Part shown: one piece after another, positions 39,198 to 53,330 of the stretch
Layout of the letters: each line of letters starts with the position of its first letter
Numbering within the stretch: position 1 is the stretch's first letter
Assembly (NCBI RefSeq): GCF_006345805.1
Contig: NC_043000.1
Span: 7,936,001 to 8,000,000, forward strand
Reading direction: 5' to 3'
Source: Octopus sinensis
Taxonomy: Eukaryota
DNA: 64,000 nucleotides
Position numbers and translations under genes: made by a program
The notes under the pieces: generated by a model
The model's input: the letters and a program-made list of their open reading frames with translations, nothing else
Database searches by the model: none
What the model was told of the DNA's origin: nothing

Positions 39198-40100
39198 CTC
39201 CAATGCGACCGTACGACAGGCACCCATGCCAACCCCCTTTGCTTGTGAAGACATGTTGGGGCAAGCGAAATCGAAATCGAATTGAACCAGCCAGGATCCC
39301 TGGTCTGGTGGTACGTAAAAAGCACTATCCGACTCGTGGCCGTGGCACGTAAAATACTCCAATGCGACCGTACGACAGGCACCCATGCCAACCGAGACCT
39401 TTGGAAATATTCTGTACGGGAGAAGACCAGGCAGGACAAGTGAGCCCAGCCCACTTATGAATGCCTTTCTTCCCTTGGATACAAAGACCTGTTGAGGCTA
39501 GCGAAGTCGATATAGAACCTCATCCGACGACAGACACCCATGCCAACCCCCCATGCTTGCGAAGACATGTGGGGCAAGCGAAATCGAAACCTGAATTGAA
39601 CCAGCCAGGATCCCTGGCCTGGTGGTACGTAAAAAGCACTATCCGACTCGTGGCCGTGGCACGTAAAATACTCCAATGCGACCGTACGACAGGCACCCAT
39701 GCCAACCCCCTTTGCTTGTGAAGACATGTTGGGGCAAGCGAAATCGAAATCGAATTGAACCAGCCAGGATCCCTGGTCTGGTGGTACGTAAAAAGCACTA
39801 TCCGACCCGTGGCCGATGCCAGCACCGCCTCGACTGGCTTCCGTGCCGGTGGCACATAAAATACACCAATCTGACCGTGGCCGTTGCCAGCCTCGCCTGG
39901 CACCTGTGCAGGTGGCACGTAAAAAGCACCCACTACACTCACGGAGTGGTTGGCGTTAGGAAGGGCATCCAGCTGTAGAAACATTGCCAGATTAGACTGG
40001 AGCCTGGTGCAGCCTTCTGGCTTCCCAGAACCCCGGTCGAACCGTCCAACCCATGCTAGCATGGAGAACGGACGTTAAACGATGATGATGATGATGATGA
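39198..40100 (+). mobile_element. Rearranged RTE 3' fragment (ORF2 end plus 3' UTR)
   Basis: ORF end RDLWKYSVREKTRQDK* at about 39385-39442, repeated UTR unit of about 160 bp, ends ggacgttaaacgatgatgatg. Confidence 0.88.
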
Positions 40101-40211
40101 TATTGATATGTAATTGTAAGATCTAACAATCTAAGTGTCGGAATTTAGTCAACTTCAAGCAGTCTGTTGTAAGTGTAAAAGAAAAGAACTTTCAGAAAAA
40201 TAATGATTTAT

Positions 40212-40670
40212 TCTTTTCTACTGTAGGCACAAAGCCCGAAATTTTGGGGGAGTGGAGACAGTCGATTAGATTGACCCCAGTATACAACTGGTACTTGATT
40301 TATCAATCCTGAATGGATGAAAAGCAAAGTCGACCGCGACAGAATTTGAACTCAGAATGTAAAGACATACAAAATACTGCTAAGCAACTTGCCCAGCATG
40401 CTAATGTTTCTTATTTCTTTATTGCCCACATGGAGGGGACAAACAAGGACAGACAAGGGGATTAAGTCAATTACATCGACCCCAGTGCATAACTGGTACT
40501 TAATTTATCGACCCTGAAAGGATGAAAGGCAAAGTCGACCTCAGCGGAGTTTGAACTCAAAACGAAATACCGCTAAGCATTTCGCCTGGTGTGCTAATGT
40601 TTCTGCCAGCTTACTGCCTTATGCTGACATGCTTATGCAGCATGCTGACGTTTCTGCCAGCTCGCCACCT
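40212..40670 (-). mobile_element. Two family B SINEs in tandem
   Basis: Core ggatgaaa(a/g)gcaaagtcgacc occurs at about 40315 and 40520. Confidence 0.8.
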
Positions 40671-41103
40671 TGGGAACAATAGTAATTTATTGATATCGAA
40701 GGCTGTAGGCTTCATCCATATCAAAGTTTGATATATATATATATAATAATAATAACAATAATAATAATAATGAGAGTATTGTATAGTGCTCAGGTGCACC
40801 ACAACTTGTCAAAAGTTTTATATATATATATAAATATATATTTATATATATAAAAATACCTACATACATGCATAAATGTACCCAAGATACACTTTCAGCT
40901 TCATACCTATTATTTTTGGAGCAGCAGAATATGTACAATCCTGCCTGGAGCAAAACATGGCTGAACTTGGGTTCTTGAGGATAGAATGCAACTCTCCTAA
41001 TTCAGATGCAATAATTGATCATGATATTTGGGACTATAGAAATCTGCATATATATATAATTCTCCTCCTGTTTTCTTGTTCTTGTTGTAGTTCTTTTTTT
41101 TTA

Positions 41104-41305
41104 TTAACCCTTTCGTTACCGTATTTATTTTGAGATGCTTTGTGTTTCTTCTAATTAATTTTAACTAAGTAAAATAACTTAGTTATTATGAAGCTAGTAG
41201 TGTTAGGAACAAATTGTGACTAAGGTTTAGTGGAGATTTTAATTCAAAACTTATGAAAACGAGATGTACTACAGTGCCAGAGGCGGTTTCAGGCGGATTG
41301 ATATT
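41104..41305. mobile_element. piggyBac-like MITE, decayed right end
   Basis: Starts TTAA-ccctttcgttacc; internal similarity to 4327-4557. Confidence 0.5.
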
Positions 41306-41489
41306 GACCCAGCAGGTGAAATGAAAATCAAAGTAGTTTGGAGACTGACCAGGACTTAGGACTGAAAAAGGTACAGTAACAAAACTTATAAAAGCAAGCA
41401 GCCATAAGATGTATGATCACAAGACAAGGTAATAAAGTGCTTGTCTGCTGAGGCAGATATCATGAAGTCAGTGCCTGAAATTAATATTA

Positions 41490-42665
41490 CATGTACATAC
41501 ATACATACATCACACATACATACATGCATACATACATACATACATACATACATACATCACACATACATGCATACATACATGCATACATACATACATGCAT
41601 ACATACATACATACATACATGTATACATACATACATACATACATACATACATACATACATGTATACATACATACATACATACATACATACATACATGCAT
41701 ACATGCATGCATACATACATGCATACATACATACATACATACATACATACATACATGTATACATACATACATACATACATACATACATACATACATACAT
41801 TCATACATTCATTCATACATACATACATACATACATGCATGCATACATACATACATACATACATACATACATACATACATACATACATACATACATACAT
41901 ACATACATACATACATACATACATACATACATACATACATACATACATACATACATACATACATACATACATACATGTATACATACATACATACATACAT
42001 ACATACATACATACATACATACATGTATACATACATACATACATACATACATACATTCATACATTCATTCATACATACATACATACATACATACATGCAT
42101 GCATACATACATACATACATACATACATACATGCATACATACATACATACATACATACATACATACATACATACATACATACATACATACATACATACAT
42201 ACATACATACATACATACATACATACATGCATGCATGCATACATACATACATACATACACACATACATACATACATGCATACATTCATACATTCATTCAT
42301 ACATATATACATACATACATACATGCATACATACATGCATACATACATCACACATACATACATGCATGCATACATACATGCATACATACATACATACATA
42401 CATCACACATACATACATACATACATACATGCATACATACATACATACATACAGGCATACATACACACATACATACATACATACATACATTGATACATAC
42501 ATACATACATTGATACATACATACATACATACAGACAGACATACATCACACATACATACATAGATACATACATACGTACATACATACATACATTCATTCA
42601 TACATACATAAATACATACATACATACATACAGACAGACAGACATGCATACATATGTGTATGTGC
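41490..42665. repeat. (CATA)n tetranucleotide array of about 1.2 kb
   Basis: Visible directly in the sequence. Confidence 0.98.
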
Positions 42666-43207
42666 ATGTATGTTATTTTATTGATCCTGAAAGGATGAAA
42701 TCAAAGGTGACCTCAGTGGAATTTGAGGTCACCTTCAATTCATTGCTTGTGTTTTAGACTCACTAAAAGACTGGAGTCAGCTTTGTTTCTTTTTTTTTTT
42801 TTTGTATAATCTCAAGGTTCTATTGCTATGTGTATCCTGGTTTTAGAGTAAGTACACTGCATGCTTGTGTATCATTGGGGGCAACTAAAAAGGGCTAGGA
42901 AAGGCGTCTGACTGTAAAACACTCCCTCAGAAAAAAGAAATGTCTGACCCATTCCAGCACGGAAAAAGCAGATGTAAAGTAGTGATGATGATGATGATGA
43001 TGACTTAGTAGAGAACAAGCACCACTCATGACTCTATCTAAGGTGTCTGCGATTACTAGGGACATGGGAGAAAGTCATCCCCAAATAAGAAATCCCAATA
43101 GAGGAAACTCTACAAGGGTCGGTGGATAGAGCTAAACCAGGCACCAGTTAAAGATTCATGCTCCCACTCTTAATTGTGTGTTCATTTGTCTGACCTTTTG
43201 ACCTTAC

Positions 43208-43322
43208 CGACAGTAAAACTTTTGATGAGATTCAATAAAATACTGCACACAGCTGTGCTGCAGTTCTTCTCCTCTGATGTTTTTATACTATTGCAGTGTT
43301 GCACTGTACCATTTTTAGCAAG
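43208..43322 (-). CDS. Candidate exon (LAKNGTVQHCNSIKTSEEKNCSTAVCSILLNLIKSFTV; alternative frame YKNIRGEELQHSCVQYFIESHQKFYC)
   Basis: Acceptor tttatttctgttgcag, donor tcg|gtaagg. Confidence 0.33.
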
Positions 43323-45467
43323 CTGCAACAGAAATAAATTTTTGCAGCAGTGCACTACATCACCTTCGGAAAGTTGCATTTAGATCTATTTTATATATGA
43401 CTCCGGTTTTCTTGTTCTTGTTGTAGTTCTTTTTCATGTTGCAGAATTAATTTATGCAGATTATCTATCAATAAATAGGTAGCTAGCAACATTAACTGTC
43501 AATGATGAGAGAATGAAGTGTTATATATTTGCCTCTGGCATTTATCTCTGCATGATAAATAAGTCTAACTTTTTTGTGAAGAAATATTCATTTTTATAAG
43601 AAAAGTTGCAATCTTTGCTGCTAACAAACCAGAAATAGTGGAGAATAAGAGAGTGTCTCACAAGAAATAAAGAAAGAAGGAGAAAACGTAGATATCTTGA
43701 ACTGTGCAAATTATTTCAATGGAATGAAAGAGAAGAAATTTTTGGAAAATGTCCACTAATTATGGAGGTCAGTCTAAAAATCAATCTGTTATGAGAGTTC
43801 AAACATCAAAGTAATTTAAAGAGTAAAACAAAAACCAAAAAGTGAAATAAAAAATAATTAAATAAAAGTATTGCATATAAATTTAGTTTAAAAAAGTGGG
43901 GAGAGGGGGACAAATGAAGAAAATAAACAAACAAAAATAAAATATCAAACCCGTAGCCAATTAGATGATTTTGGAAATAGAAAATTGTTTCTTCTGAACT
44001 GGCTTATCATGAGAAACGCATCCTTCCCTTATTGCTATTTCTTCAGAACTAAAGTGTATAATTATCTTCACTTATTTTACAAAAAAAGAAAAGGTGGGGG
44101 AATGTTGCCAATAACCCCTTTTCTTCCAAAATTGTTTTCATAGAACCTGTATTGAAAATATTTTCTTCTTTTTTTCTTCCTCTTTTCTTTGATAAGCTCA
44201 TATTTTTGCTCATGATAAAAGTTACTCCATTTCATTCTCTAATTTCTGTCATTGATCTATGTTTTATGCAGATTCTTGTGAAGTTTCCATATCTGCTTCC
44301 TGTTTCTCTTATTGTTCCATCTTCTTTATAGAAAACATTAAAATTACAGGAAAATAGAAGGAGAAAAAGAAGAAGAAAATGGTATTGCATTGATGCTCCA
44401 CTGTTGCCTGTTGCAAACAATGTGAATATTCCTTAACAATAAGTTCATTTATCATCTCCGATAAATATAAAAATCTCCCCCTCCTCATTCATTGAACGTC
44501 CCTCCCCCCCCCTTGTCACTTCATCACCACTATTTTTACTGCTTTCCATTTTCACCTGATCACTCCCACCCTCTCTTCCAAAATATGTGCAGTCATCTAG
44601 CTCCTCTACAGCAAGAAACCAGTTCTGCTCCATCCCTTTTATTCTCTCATATTTTACCCCTCTCTACTCTTCATTCTCTTAGCATAAAATTGGCACCTCT
44701 TTTGAAGCTCATAGTTTTGCATGCTGTATGATGATTTCACTGGTGCTGGTGGCACAAAGAATGCATTGAAGACATGCTATATAGTGGTTGGAATTAGGAA
44801 GGCAATTCAACAGTAGAAACCATATCAGAGCAGACACTGGAGCATGATGTAATATTTGGGCCCATCAGATCCTGTCAAACCAATCAACTCATTTCAGTAT
44901 GGATGATAGATGTTAATTAATGATGATATTGATGATGATGTGCCTGTTATGAGTCTTATGCGCTTCACAGTTCCATTGACGTGGTGTTTGGCTGTTGTGC
45001 ATACACTCATATGTCCAAGATAGGAAGCTGCACACTAGGGAGAGAGAGCACTGTGGTTCATGTAGTGCTGACCCTGGTGTGCTGGTGAAAGGTAGTGTTT
45101 CTTTTTGACTTTGAGTGTGTTGAGCTTACAAACGTATTTATATTCTAGAATGTGATTAAGTTCAGAATTAGATTATTATCCTGTTTCCAGCTACAGTGTT
45201 GCTGCTAGGATTTGAAAAATAGGGAAGATTTCCCCCCTCCCCCTTATTTTGTGATTTAGGGGGGATTTTTAAAAAAACAAAGGGGAATTTTCAGCAGTGT
45301 TCAGTGAACAAATTAAACACTACCAGCAGTGGTTAAAACACGAACCGATCAAGTGTAAGTATAAATTTTCTTTTTATATGTTTGTTTCTTTTTGCACAAT
45401 ATTAAAACAAAGGCTAAAAATTTTCTGAAGCAGCACCCCAACTAATTTTATCTATGAGCTGCCACTG

Positions 45468-45724
45468 TAGCTAACTGTGCCCTTTTAAAGCCTAGCCAGG
45501 CTCATGGGCCCGGTTTCCCAGTTTCAATGGCGTATGTGTCCCCCAGCTGGACAGAATGCCAGTCCATCGCAGCGTTACTCATTTTTGCCAGCTGAGTGGA
45601 CTGGAGTAATGTGAAATGAAGTGTTTTGCTCAAGAACACAACGCGTCACCCGGTCCAGGAATCGAAACCACAATCTTATGATCATGATACTGACACCCTA
45701 ATCACTAAGGCATGCGCCTCCACA
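45468..45724 (-). mobile_element. CORE-like SINE (family C variant)
   Basis: actcatttttgccagctgagtggactggag...ccggtccaggaatcgaaacc...catgcgcctccac. Confidence 0.78.
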
Positions 45725-46859
45725 GCCACCAATTCAATTCAATTCAAACATATATACTGTGGAGATATATTTATCCAATGGTTTAACTAGAAGATATTGA
45801 ACCATCGGCCGAGTTATTAGGTAAGTATATTCCTATATTGTATATATTTAAATCAAATTGTACTTGGGGATAACAATTTTGACTTTTTAAAATACGTTCC
45901 AAATTTTTGGCCAAGACTGTATATGTTATATAGATGCAAGAATTATAAATATTTCTAGTCTTCCGTAAAAACACACGGTCAGCCGTAGGGAAATATTATC
46001 TTGCTTGGAAATAGGCGAGGGTTGGCAACAGGAAGAGCATCCAGCTGTAGAAAATCTGATCCCTGCACACATGGAAAAGTGGATATTAAACTGATGATGA
46101 TAGTGACGATGGTGGTGATGATGATGATGACAGTGATGATGATGATGATGATAATGATGATGATGATGATGAGGATGAGGATGATGATGATAATGATGAT
46201 GATGATAATGATGATGATGCATGTACTTTGCTGAGTGTGAGCATATGTATGTTGTACTGCATGCATGTGTGTGTATGTGTGTGTATGTGTGTGTGTGAGA
46301 GAAATATGTGTGTGTACGCATGTGTACATCTACATGATCGTTATTGTTATAGTCTCTTTTTGTCTATTTTTCCACAAGAGTATAGTCTGGGTGGGTCTCA
46401 CAGCATCATGCCTTTTGTGATAGATCCTCAACTGGTACATACAGCAACAGAGGAAGCTGGCAATCTTTATCTTAACAATTTTGTGCATGCTTTTTTTTTT
46501 TTTTGGTATGGTTTGATTAACAGCATGCTCTTCCTGTCTCCAATGATTTTAAATCCTGGAGTAAGTGCATTTTTATCATGCTAGGGACAAAATGATCACC
46601 TGTGTCTTGTTAAAATTTATCGAAGAAGGACAGGTGATTCTTCAGGTATCCTGCATATGCACCCCCATTTGTTCTTTCATTTTTATTAGTGTTACTGTTG
46701 GATCCTCTTCCTAAAGTACACCACAGGCTTGGTGCTTTTTCTCATGTTACCAGCATTTGAAATGTTGTTTGCAACAACACTAAGGAGTCCTCACTATGCT
46801 GCATTTTAATTTTTTACAGAGATTGCCTACTTGTGTGGATTACAGATTTCATACTTATA

Positions 46860-47182
46860 AGAAGGTGCATGGCTTAACGGCCAAGCTCACAGTCACAAGG
46901 CTTTGAGTTCGATTCCAAGTGGTGCATTTTATCTATGAGTAAGACACTTTGTTTCTCATTGCTCCAGTCCACTCAGCTGGCAAAAATGAGTTATTGAGTT
47001 AAACCCATTATTCAAAGAGCCAGCTTTGTCACATTCTGTGTCGCACTGAATCTCTCTGGGAAATACATTAAGGTTATGCATGTCTGTGGCGTTGCTCAGC
47101 CACTTGCATGTAAATTTCATGAGCAGGCTGTTCTGTTGATTGGACCAACTGGAGCACTCATTGTTGTAACTGATGGAGCACC
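46860..47182 (+). mobile_element. SINE family C variant
   Basis: gaaggtgcatggcttaacgg...gagttcgattcc...gctccagtccactcagctgg. Confidence 0.7.
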
Positions 47183-47203
47183 GATGATATATATGTATAT
47201 ATG

Positions 47204-47235
<32 letters not shown>

Positions 47236-47244
47236 ATATATATA

Positions 47245-47301
<57 letters not shown>

Positions 47302-47306
47302 TATAT

Positions 47307-48720
47307 ATCATCATCATCATCGTTTAACGTCCGTTTTCCGCGCCAGCACGGGATGGACAGGTCGACCAGGGTTGGGAAGCCAGGGGCTGCACCAGGCTCC
47401 AGTCTGATCTGGCAGTGTTTCTACAGCTGATGCCCTTCCTAACGCCAACCACTCCACGAGTGTAGTGGGTGCTTTTTACGTGCCACCTGCACAGGTGCCA
47501 GGGGAGTCCGACATCGGCCATGATCGGTTGGTGCTTTTAACGTGCCACTGGCACGGAAGCCAGCCAAGGTGCGCTGGCATCGGCCACATTTGGATGGTGC
47601 TTTTTATGTGCCACCCGCACTGAAGCCAGTCGAGCCGGCGCTGGCATCGGCCATGTTCGGATGGTGCTTTTTATGTGCCACCAGCACAGAAGCCAGTCGA
47701 GGCGGTGCTGGCAATGGCCACGTTCAGATGGTGCTTTTTATGTGCCACCGGCACAGGTATCACAATTACTATTTCCATTGATATTTATTTCGATGTTCAT
47801 GTACTTGACTCAACAGGTCTCCTCAAGCACAGCGGGATGTTCTGGTATCCAAAGTACTTTGAATGGGCTGGGGCTATGCAGAACTGGTGCAGGAAGCAGC
47901 CCGGGTCTTTGCAGTCACAGCATATCTCCAGAGATCTCGGTCCTTCGCCATTGCGTCAGTGAGGCCCAATGCTCTGAGGTCATGCTTGACTACCTCATCC
48001 CATCTCTTCCTGGGTCTACGACTCCCCCTGAATACCTTCAACTGTTTGGGAGTGGCACTTCTTCACACATCTCTCCTCATCCATCCACAGTACATGACCA
48101 TACCATCACAAGCATCGCTCTTGCACACCACATCTGATGCTTCTTATGTCCAGCATTTCTCTCAGGATGCTTACTCTCTGTTGTGCACACAAACTGACAT
48201 TACACATCCAGCGGATCATGCTAGCTTCATTTCTTTCAAGTCTATGCATGTCCTCTGCAGTCACAGCCCATGTTTCACTACCGTGAAGCATGGCAGTTCA
48301 CACACATGCGTCATAAAATCTACCTTTCACTTTGAGTGAAAGACCCTTTGTCGCCAGTAGGGGTAGGAGCTTTCTAAACTTTGCCCAGGCTATTCGTATT
48401 CTAGTGGTGACACTCTGTGAGCATCCACCTCCACTACTAACTTGGTCACCCAGGTAGCTGAAACTATCAACTACTTCTAGTTTCTCCCACTGGAGTGTGA
48501 TGGAATCTGTTTTCTGAGTATCTGTGGTGTCTATTGTCCCTGTGCATCTGCCGCACATGAAAGCTATCTTATCAGTTAATTTCCCTTTGATGTTGCTGCA
48601 CCTCTTATGCATCCATAGCTTACATTGGGTGCATCTTATGGAGTTTCTACCTACCCTTTCCTACAGATTGAGCAGGTCCACCTGCCCGAAGGGGTGTGTG
48701 CTGAGTTCGCCTTCCTGCTT
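47307..48720 (-). mobile_element. 5'-truncated RTE-clade LINE (RT C-terminus with inserted PHD finger, plus 3' UTR)
   Basis: LEVVDSFSYLGDQV, RIRIAWAKF, MLHGSETW, RNEASMIRWMC; 3' UTR ending in (gat)n. Frameshifts and stops are present. Confidence 0.92.
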
Positions 48721-48763
48721 ACTATAACTTATATATATATATATATATAATATATATATATAT

Positions 48764-48814
<51 letters not shown>

Positions 48815-48939
48815 AGTTTGAAAACAGAGAGATATAATGGATACAAATGAATTTATTAATTAATTAGCCTATTCACCGACAATTGTTTTATTTCACAACC
48901 AAAATTAAAGGGTATACATGCATGTATATATATATATAT

Positions 48940-49845
48940 GTGTGCCGGTGCTCACACTCGGCAGAGTGTAAGTACCTTGAGAGAAAAGCTGGACCTAAGA
49001 AGCATCAGTTGTGGTGTGCAAGAGAGACGTTTGCGCTGGTATGGTCATGTGGCGAGAATGGATGAAGATAGTTGTGTGAAAAAGTGCCACACCCTAGCGG
49101 TTGAGGGAACCTGTGGAAGAGGCAGACCCAGGAAAACCTGGGACGAGGTGGTGAAGCACGACCTTCGAACTTTAGGTCTCACTGAGGAAATGACTAGAGA
49201 CCGAGACCTCTGGAAGTGTGCTGTGCGCGAGAAGACCCGGCAGGACAAGTGAGTCCATAACCCGTGGCCTTCTACATGGGATGGAGCAGCCTACGTATGC
49301 ATACCTTCCCTTCTTGGGACACAAAACTCTACTTGTGAAGACGTGATGAGGTAAGTGAGGATCAGAATCGAAATCGATCAATGGAAATTGCGGATGTGCT
49401 ACCAGTGCCGGTGGCATGTCAAAACTCTGCTTGTGAAGACCCGTTGAGGCAAGTGACGATCAGAATCGAAATCGATCAATGGAAATTGCAGATGTGTTAC
49501 CAGTGCCGGTGGCATGTAAGAGAACTTTCCGTTTCGCGACCGTTGCCAGCACCGCCCCGTTTCGTGTCCGTTGCCAGCCTCGCCTGGCCCTCGTGCCGGT
49601 GGCACATAAAAAGCACCATCCGTTCGTGGCCGTTTGCCAGCTCTGTCTGGCACCAGTGCGGATGGCACGTAAAAAGCACCCACTACACTCACGGAGTGGT
49701 TGGCGTTAGGAAGGGCATCCAGCCGTAGAAACACTGCCAGATTTGACTGGGCCTGATGAAGCCTTCTGGCTTCACAGACCCCAGTAGAACCGTCCAACCC
49801 ATGCTAGCATGGAAAACGGATGCTAAACGATGATGATGATGATGA
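48940..49845 (+). mobile_element. 5'-truncated RTE-clade LINE (different subfamily)
   Basis: QERRLRWYGHVARMDE...GRGRPRKTW...DRDLWK...REKTRQDK*, followed by a 3' UTR and (gat)n tail. Confidence 0.92.
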
Positions 49846-50756
49846 TGATATATCATCATCATCATCATCATCATTTAACATCCGCTTTCCATGCTATATA
49901 TATATATAATACAATATAATATGCGCTGAAGTGAAGGCAGCATTGACACAAATGATAGATGAGTGGATCAACCCTTTTGCGACCAACCTGCCTGAAGCCA
50001 CATCTAGATCTATGATACAAAATTCCTTGTGTGAAAGTAATCAGACATAAAAAGATCCATCAAAATTTCATGTTAATTTATATTCAGAACATCAGCTTAA
50101 TAATGAAAAAAAATATTTTTAATTCTTCATCATTTTCAAAATTTACTAAAAGAAAAGCAATGTATTTAGACAGAAGTATGATAACAAAATGGTTATCTTG
50201 TAATTTGTCAATTATGAATTCAAATTCCACTATTGGAAACTTTATCTTTCATTCTTACAGGATTAATAAAATAAATACTAGATAATTACCCCTCATAACG
50301 ATTCAATCAACTCTATACATTTACACTTTTACACTAAATTTGTGACTTCATGACTGGAATATTCATTACAACTAATAGTTTCCACAAATTTTCATTTCTC
50401 TATTTGATATCTTGCAGATCTCTATTTACAAATGCTCAACATATATTAAAATAATTTATACTCCTACATATCCAACTTAACTCTGGCTTTGTCATTATTT
50501 AACCCCAGGTAATATTTGATCTAACAGACATGATCAAATATATTTTATGGATGATCATCCTGTCCTTTTTTATCAGATATATTTTCTTCTTATTGAAACA
50601 TTATTGAAACATGACGAGCAAAATGCCCAGCAGTATTTGATTTGTCTTAAAGTTCTGTGTTCCAATTTCACCAAGACTGACTTTGCCTTTCATCCTTTTA
50701 GGGTCAATAAAAAAAGAACCAGATGAACGCTGGGGTCAATGTAATTGACTTTACTC

Positions 50757-51182
50757 CTTTTCTTTTATTTGTTTCAGTCATTTGACTGTGGCCATGCAGG
50801 TGCACCACCTTTAGTCAAGCAAATTGACCCCAGGGCTTATTCTTTGTAAGCCTAGTACTTATTCTATCGGTCACTTTTGCCAAACCACTAAGTTGTCAAG
50901 CGATGTTGGGGGGGACAAACACAGACACACAAACATATACATACACCCACACACACGCACACACACACAAACACACACACACTCACACGCACACACACAC
51001 ACACATGTATATATATATATATATATATATATACGACAGGCTTCTTTCAGTTTCCATCTACCAAATCCACGCACAAGGCTTTGGTCGGCCTAAGGCTATA
51101 GTAGAAGACACCTGCCCAAGGTGCCATGTTGTAGGACTGAACCCGGAACCATGTGGTTGGTAAGCAAGCTACTTACCACACA
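50757..51182 (-). mobile_element. SINE family A
   Basis: Full reverse-complement copy. Confidence 0.85.
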
Positions 51183-52009
51183 GTTAGTCCTGGGTATGAG
51201 TATAAAAAATCTGCATCAGTCTGACAAATCATGTGAAGCCAGTGTGGCTGCATAGACTTATCAAACCAGTATGAACTCAAGCGCAACTGCATGACCTACG
51301 CATCAGACCATGGTTGGTGGAGAGAGCATGCTGAGGCTCTCACTCTGCAGTGAACTGAATATGGGTAATCCAATCCAATCCAATGCAGTCCAGGCATTGA
51401 CTTGAGGAAGATTTGGCTGCTCCTTTCCTGTTGTTTACAAGTCAAGTGACTATGTAGAGACTCCCTTGGTTTGTACTTGATTTGTATCTTAAATTGATAA
51501 TTAGCCATCTTATATGGCACCACCTGGAGATTATAATAATGCTAAACTCACTTGTCATGCTTTGACCCTGTATAATATTATAATCTATAGGTAAAGCTTA
51601 TGAGTGCTGGAACTCATAAGATTTTGGTTACTATCCCAATCATTCTAGTAATTTAGTCATTATACTGCAGTAAACTAATTCCCCAAATAATCTATATTAT
51701 ACCAATTTTAAGTATTTCTTCTCTTTTTCATAAAACTTCAAAATAGATGAGAGTAATTATTTACTATCTCATATACACATACACACACCTATGTGCATAC
51801 CGACTTTCATACATACATGTGTATATGTATGCGTATGCACTCTAATAAGCAACAAGAAACAGCTTTTAGAGGCTGTTTTTACTTCTCTTTTTTGACAAAC
51901 TGCCAAAAACTGTTTATCCTTTTGATTTTGTTGATAAAACACGTTTTGGTAAAAGTTTAATAATTACAAAGAATTTCAAACAGACACTTAACACTTAATT
52001 CTAGACACA

Positions 52010-52041
52010 GGTATGTATGTGTGTGTATGTATATATATATA

Positions 52042-52088
<47 letters not shown>

Positions 52089-52480
52089 ATATATATATAA
52101 TTTTAAGTGTATGCGTGTATATTTTGTGTTTGTGTGCATGTGTGTATATATGTATGTATGATGTGTATATATATGTATATATAAATATATATAAATATAT
52201 GTGTATATATATATATGTATATGTATGTATATGTATATAAATATATATGTATATATATATGTATATGTATATATATGTATATACATATATATATATATGT
52301 ATATATATGTATGTATATATGTATGTATATATATATGAGTGTGTGCATATATATATAGATATATATATATATATATATACATATATATATTTGTATGTAT
52401 TATATATATATATATATATATATACATACATACATATATATTTGTACATATATACGTATATATATATTTGTATGCCTCTT
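52010..52480. repeat. Degenerate (TA)n/(TG)n tract
   Basis: Visible directly in the sequence. Confidence 0.95.
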
Positions 52481-53123
52481 ATACATATGACTACAGTTTC
52501 AAAACACACGTCACCCAACCTATACTCAACAGTATACAGTCATTGTTTCTTGATGCTACCTTTTAATATAAATCGAATTGCTTGCTGAGAGCTTCAAATA
52601 ATTCTTCTAAAAGAAACATTACTTTTTTTTTCTTTTTGACTTATATTGTTGTGTTGTACATAAACACACTGTTGTGTCTCACAGAGAGTTTGGCATGCAA
52701 ACATAATGATCAGGAAAAGAAATAAATACTATATGTTGCCAAAACTGAAAAATAAGATGAAACAATGTAACAACAACACCACATTTTCTTCTGTGTATTA
52801 GCAGTAGACATTTGGAGAGATGCGTCAACATAGTAAGTTGAAGTTGTTTTCTTATTCAGTTATTTACAGTTGAAGCCTGATGACAGATGTTCATTAAACA
52901 TCAAAAATTATTATTATGCTTATTATTATTAAATGAATGTAAAACAATGGGCTGGTGGAACTGTTAGCACATTGGACAAAACGTTTAGCAACATTTCAGC
53001 TGTTTTTTATGTTCTGAGCTCAAATTCCATTGTGATTGACTTTGCCTTTAATTTGAAGCCAAAATTTGAAACCATAATTAGAACCATTAGCACACCTTGT
53101 AGATCAACCTTAATTCTAATCCT

Positions 53124-53330
53124 TTCTACTATAGGTGCAAGGCCTGAAATTTGGGGGAGGGGGATAGTCAATTACATCGACCCCAGTGTTTCACCGGTAC
53201 TTAATTTATCGACCTCGAAAGGATGACAGGTAAAGTTGACCTCGGTGGAATTTGAACTCAGAACGTAGCAGCAGACGAAATACCGCCAAGCATTTTGCCC
53301 GGTGTGCTAATGACTCTGCCAGTTCACGAA
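53124..53330 (-). mobile_element. SINE family B
   Basis: acttaatttatcgacctcgaaaggatgacaggtaaagttgacctcgg...ctgccagttcac. Confidence 0.82.

Noticed and set aside
41441-42667. ORFs of up to 350 aa (HTYI/MYVC repeats), also at 55.7-57.0 kb
   Set aside because: Translations of (CATA)n/(TATG)n arrays, which lack stop codons in these frames.
44232-44420. Short ORF with a signal-peptide-like stretch
   Set aside because: The hydrophobic run comes from a TC-rich low-complexity patch; 62 aa, no recognisable domain or convincing donor.
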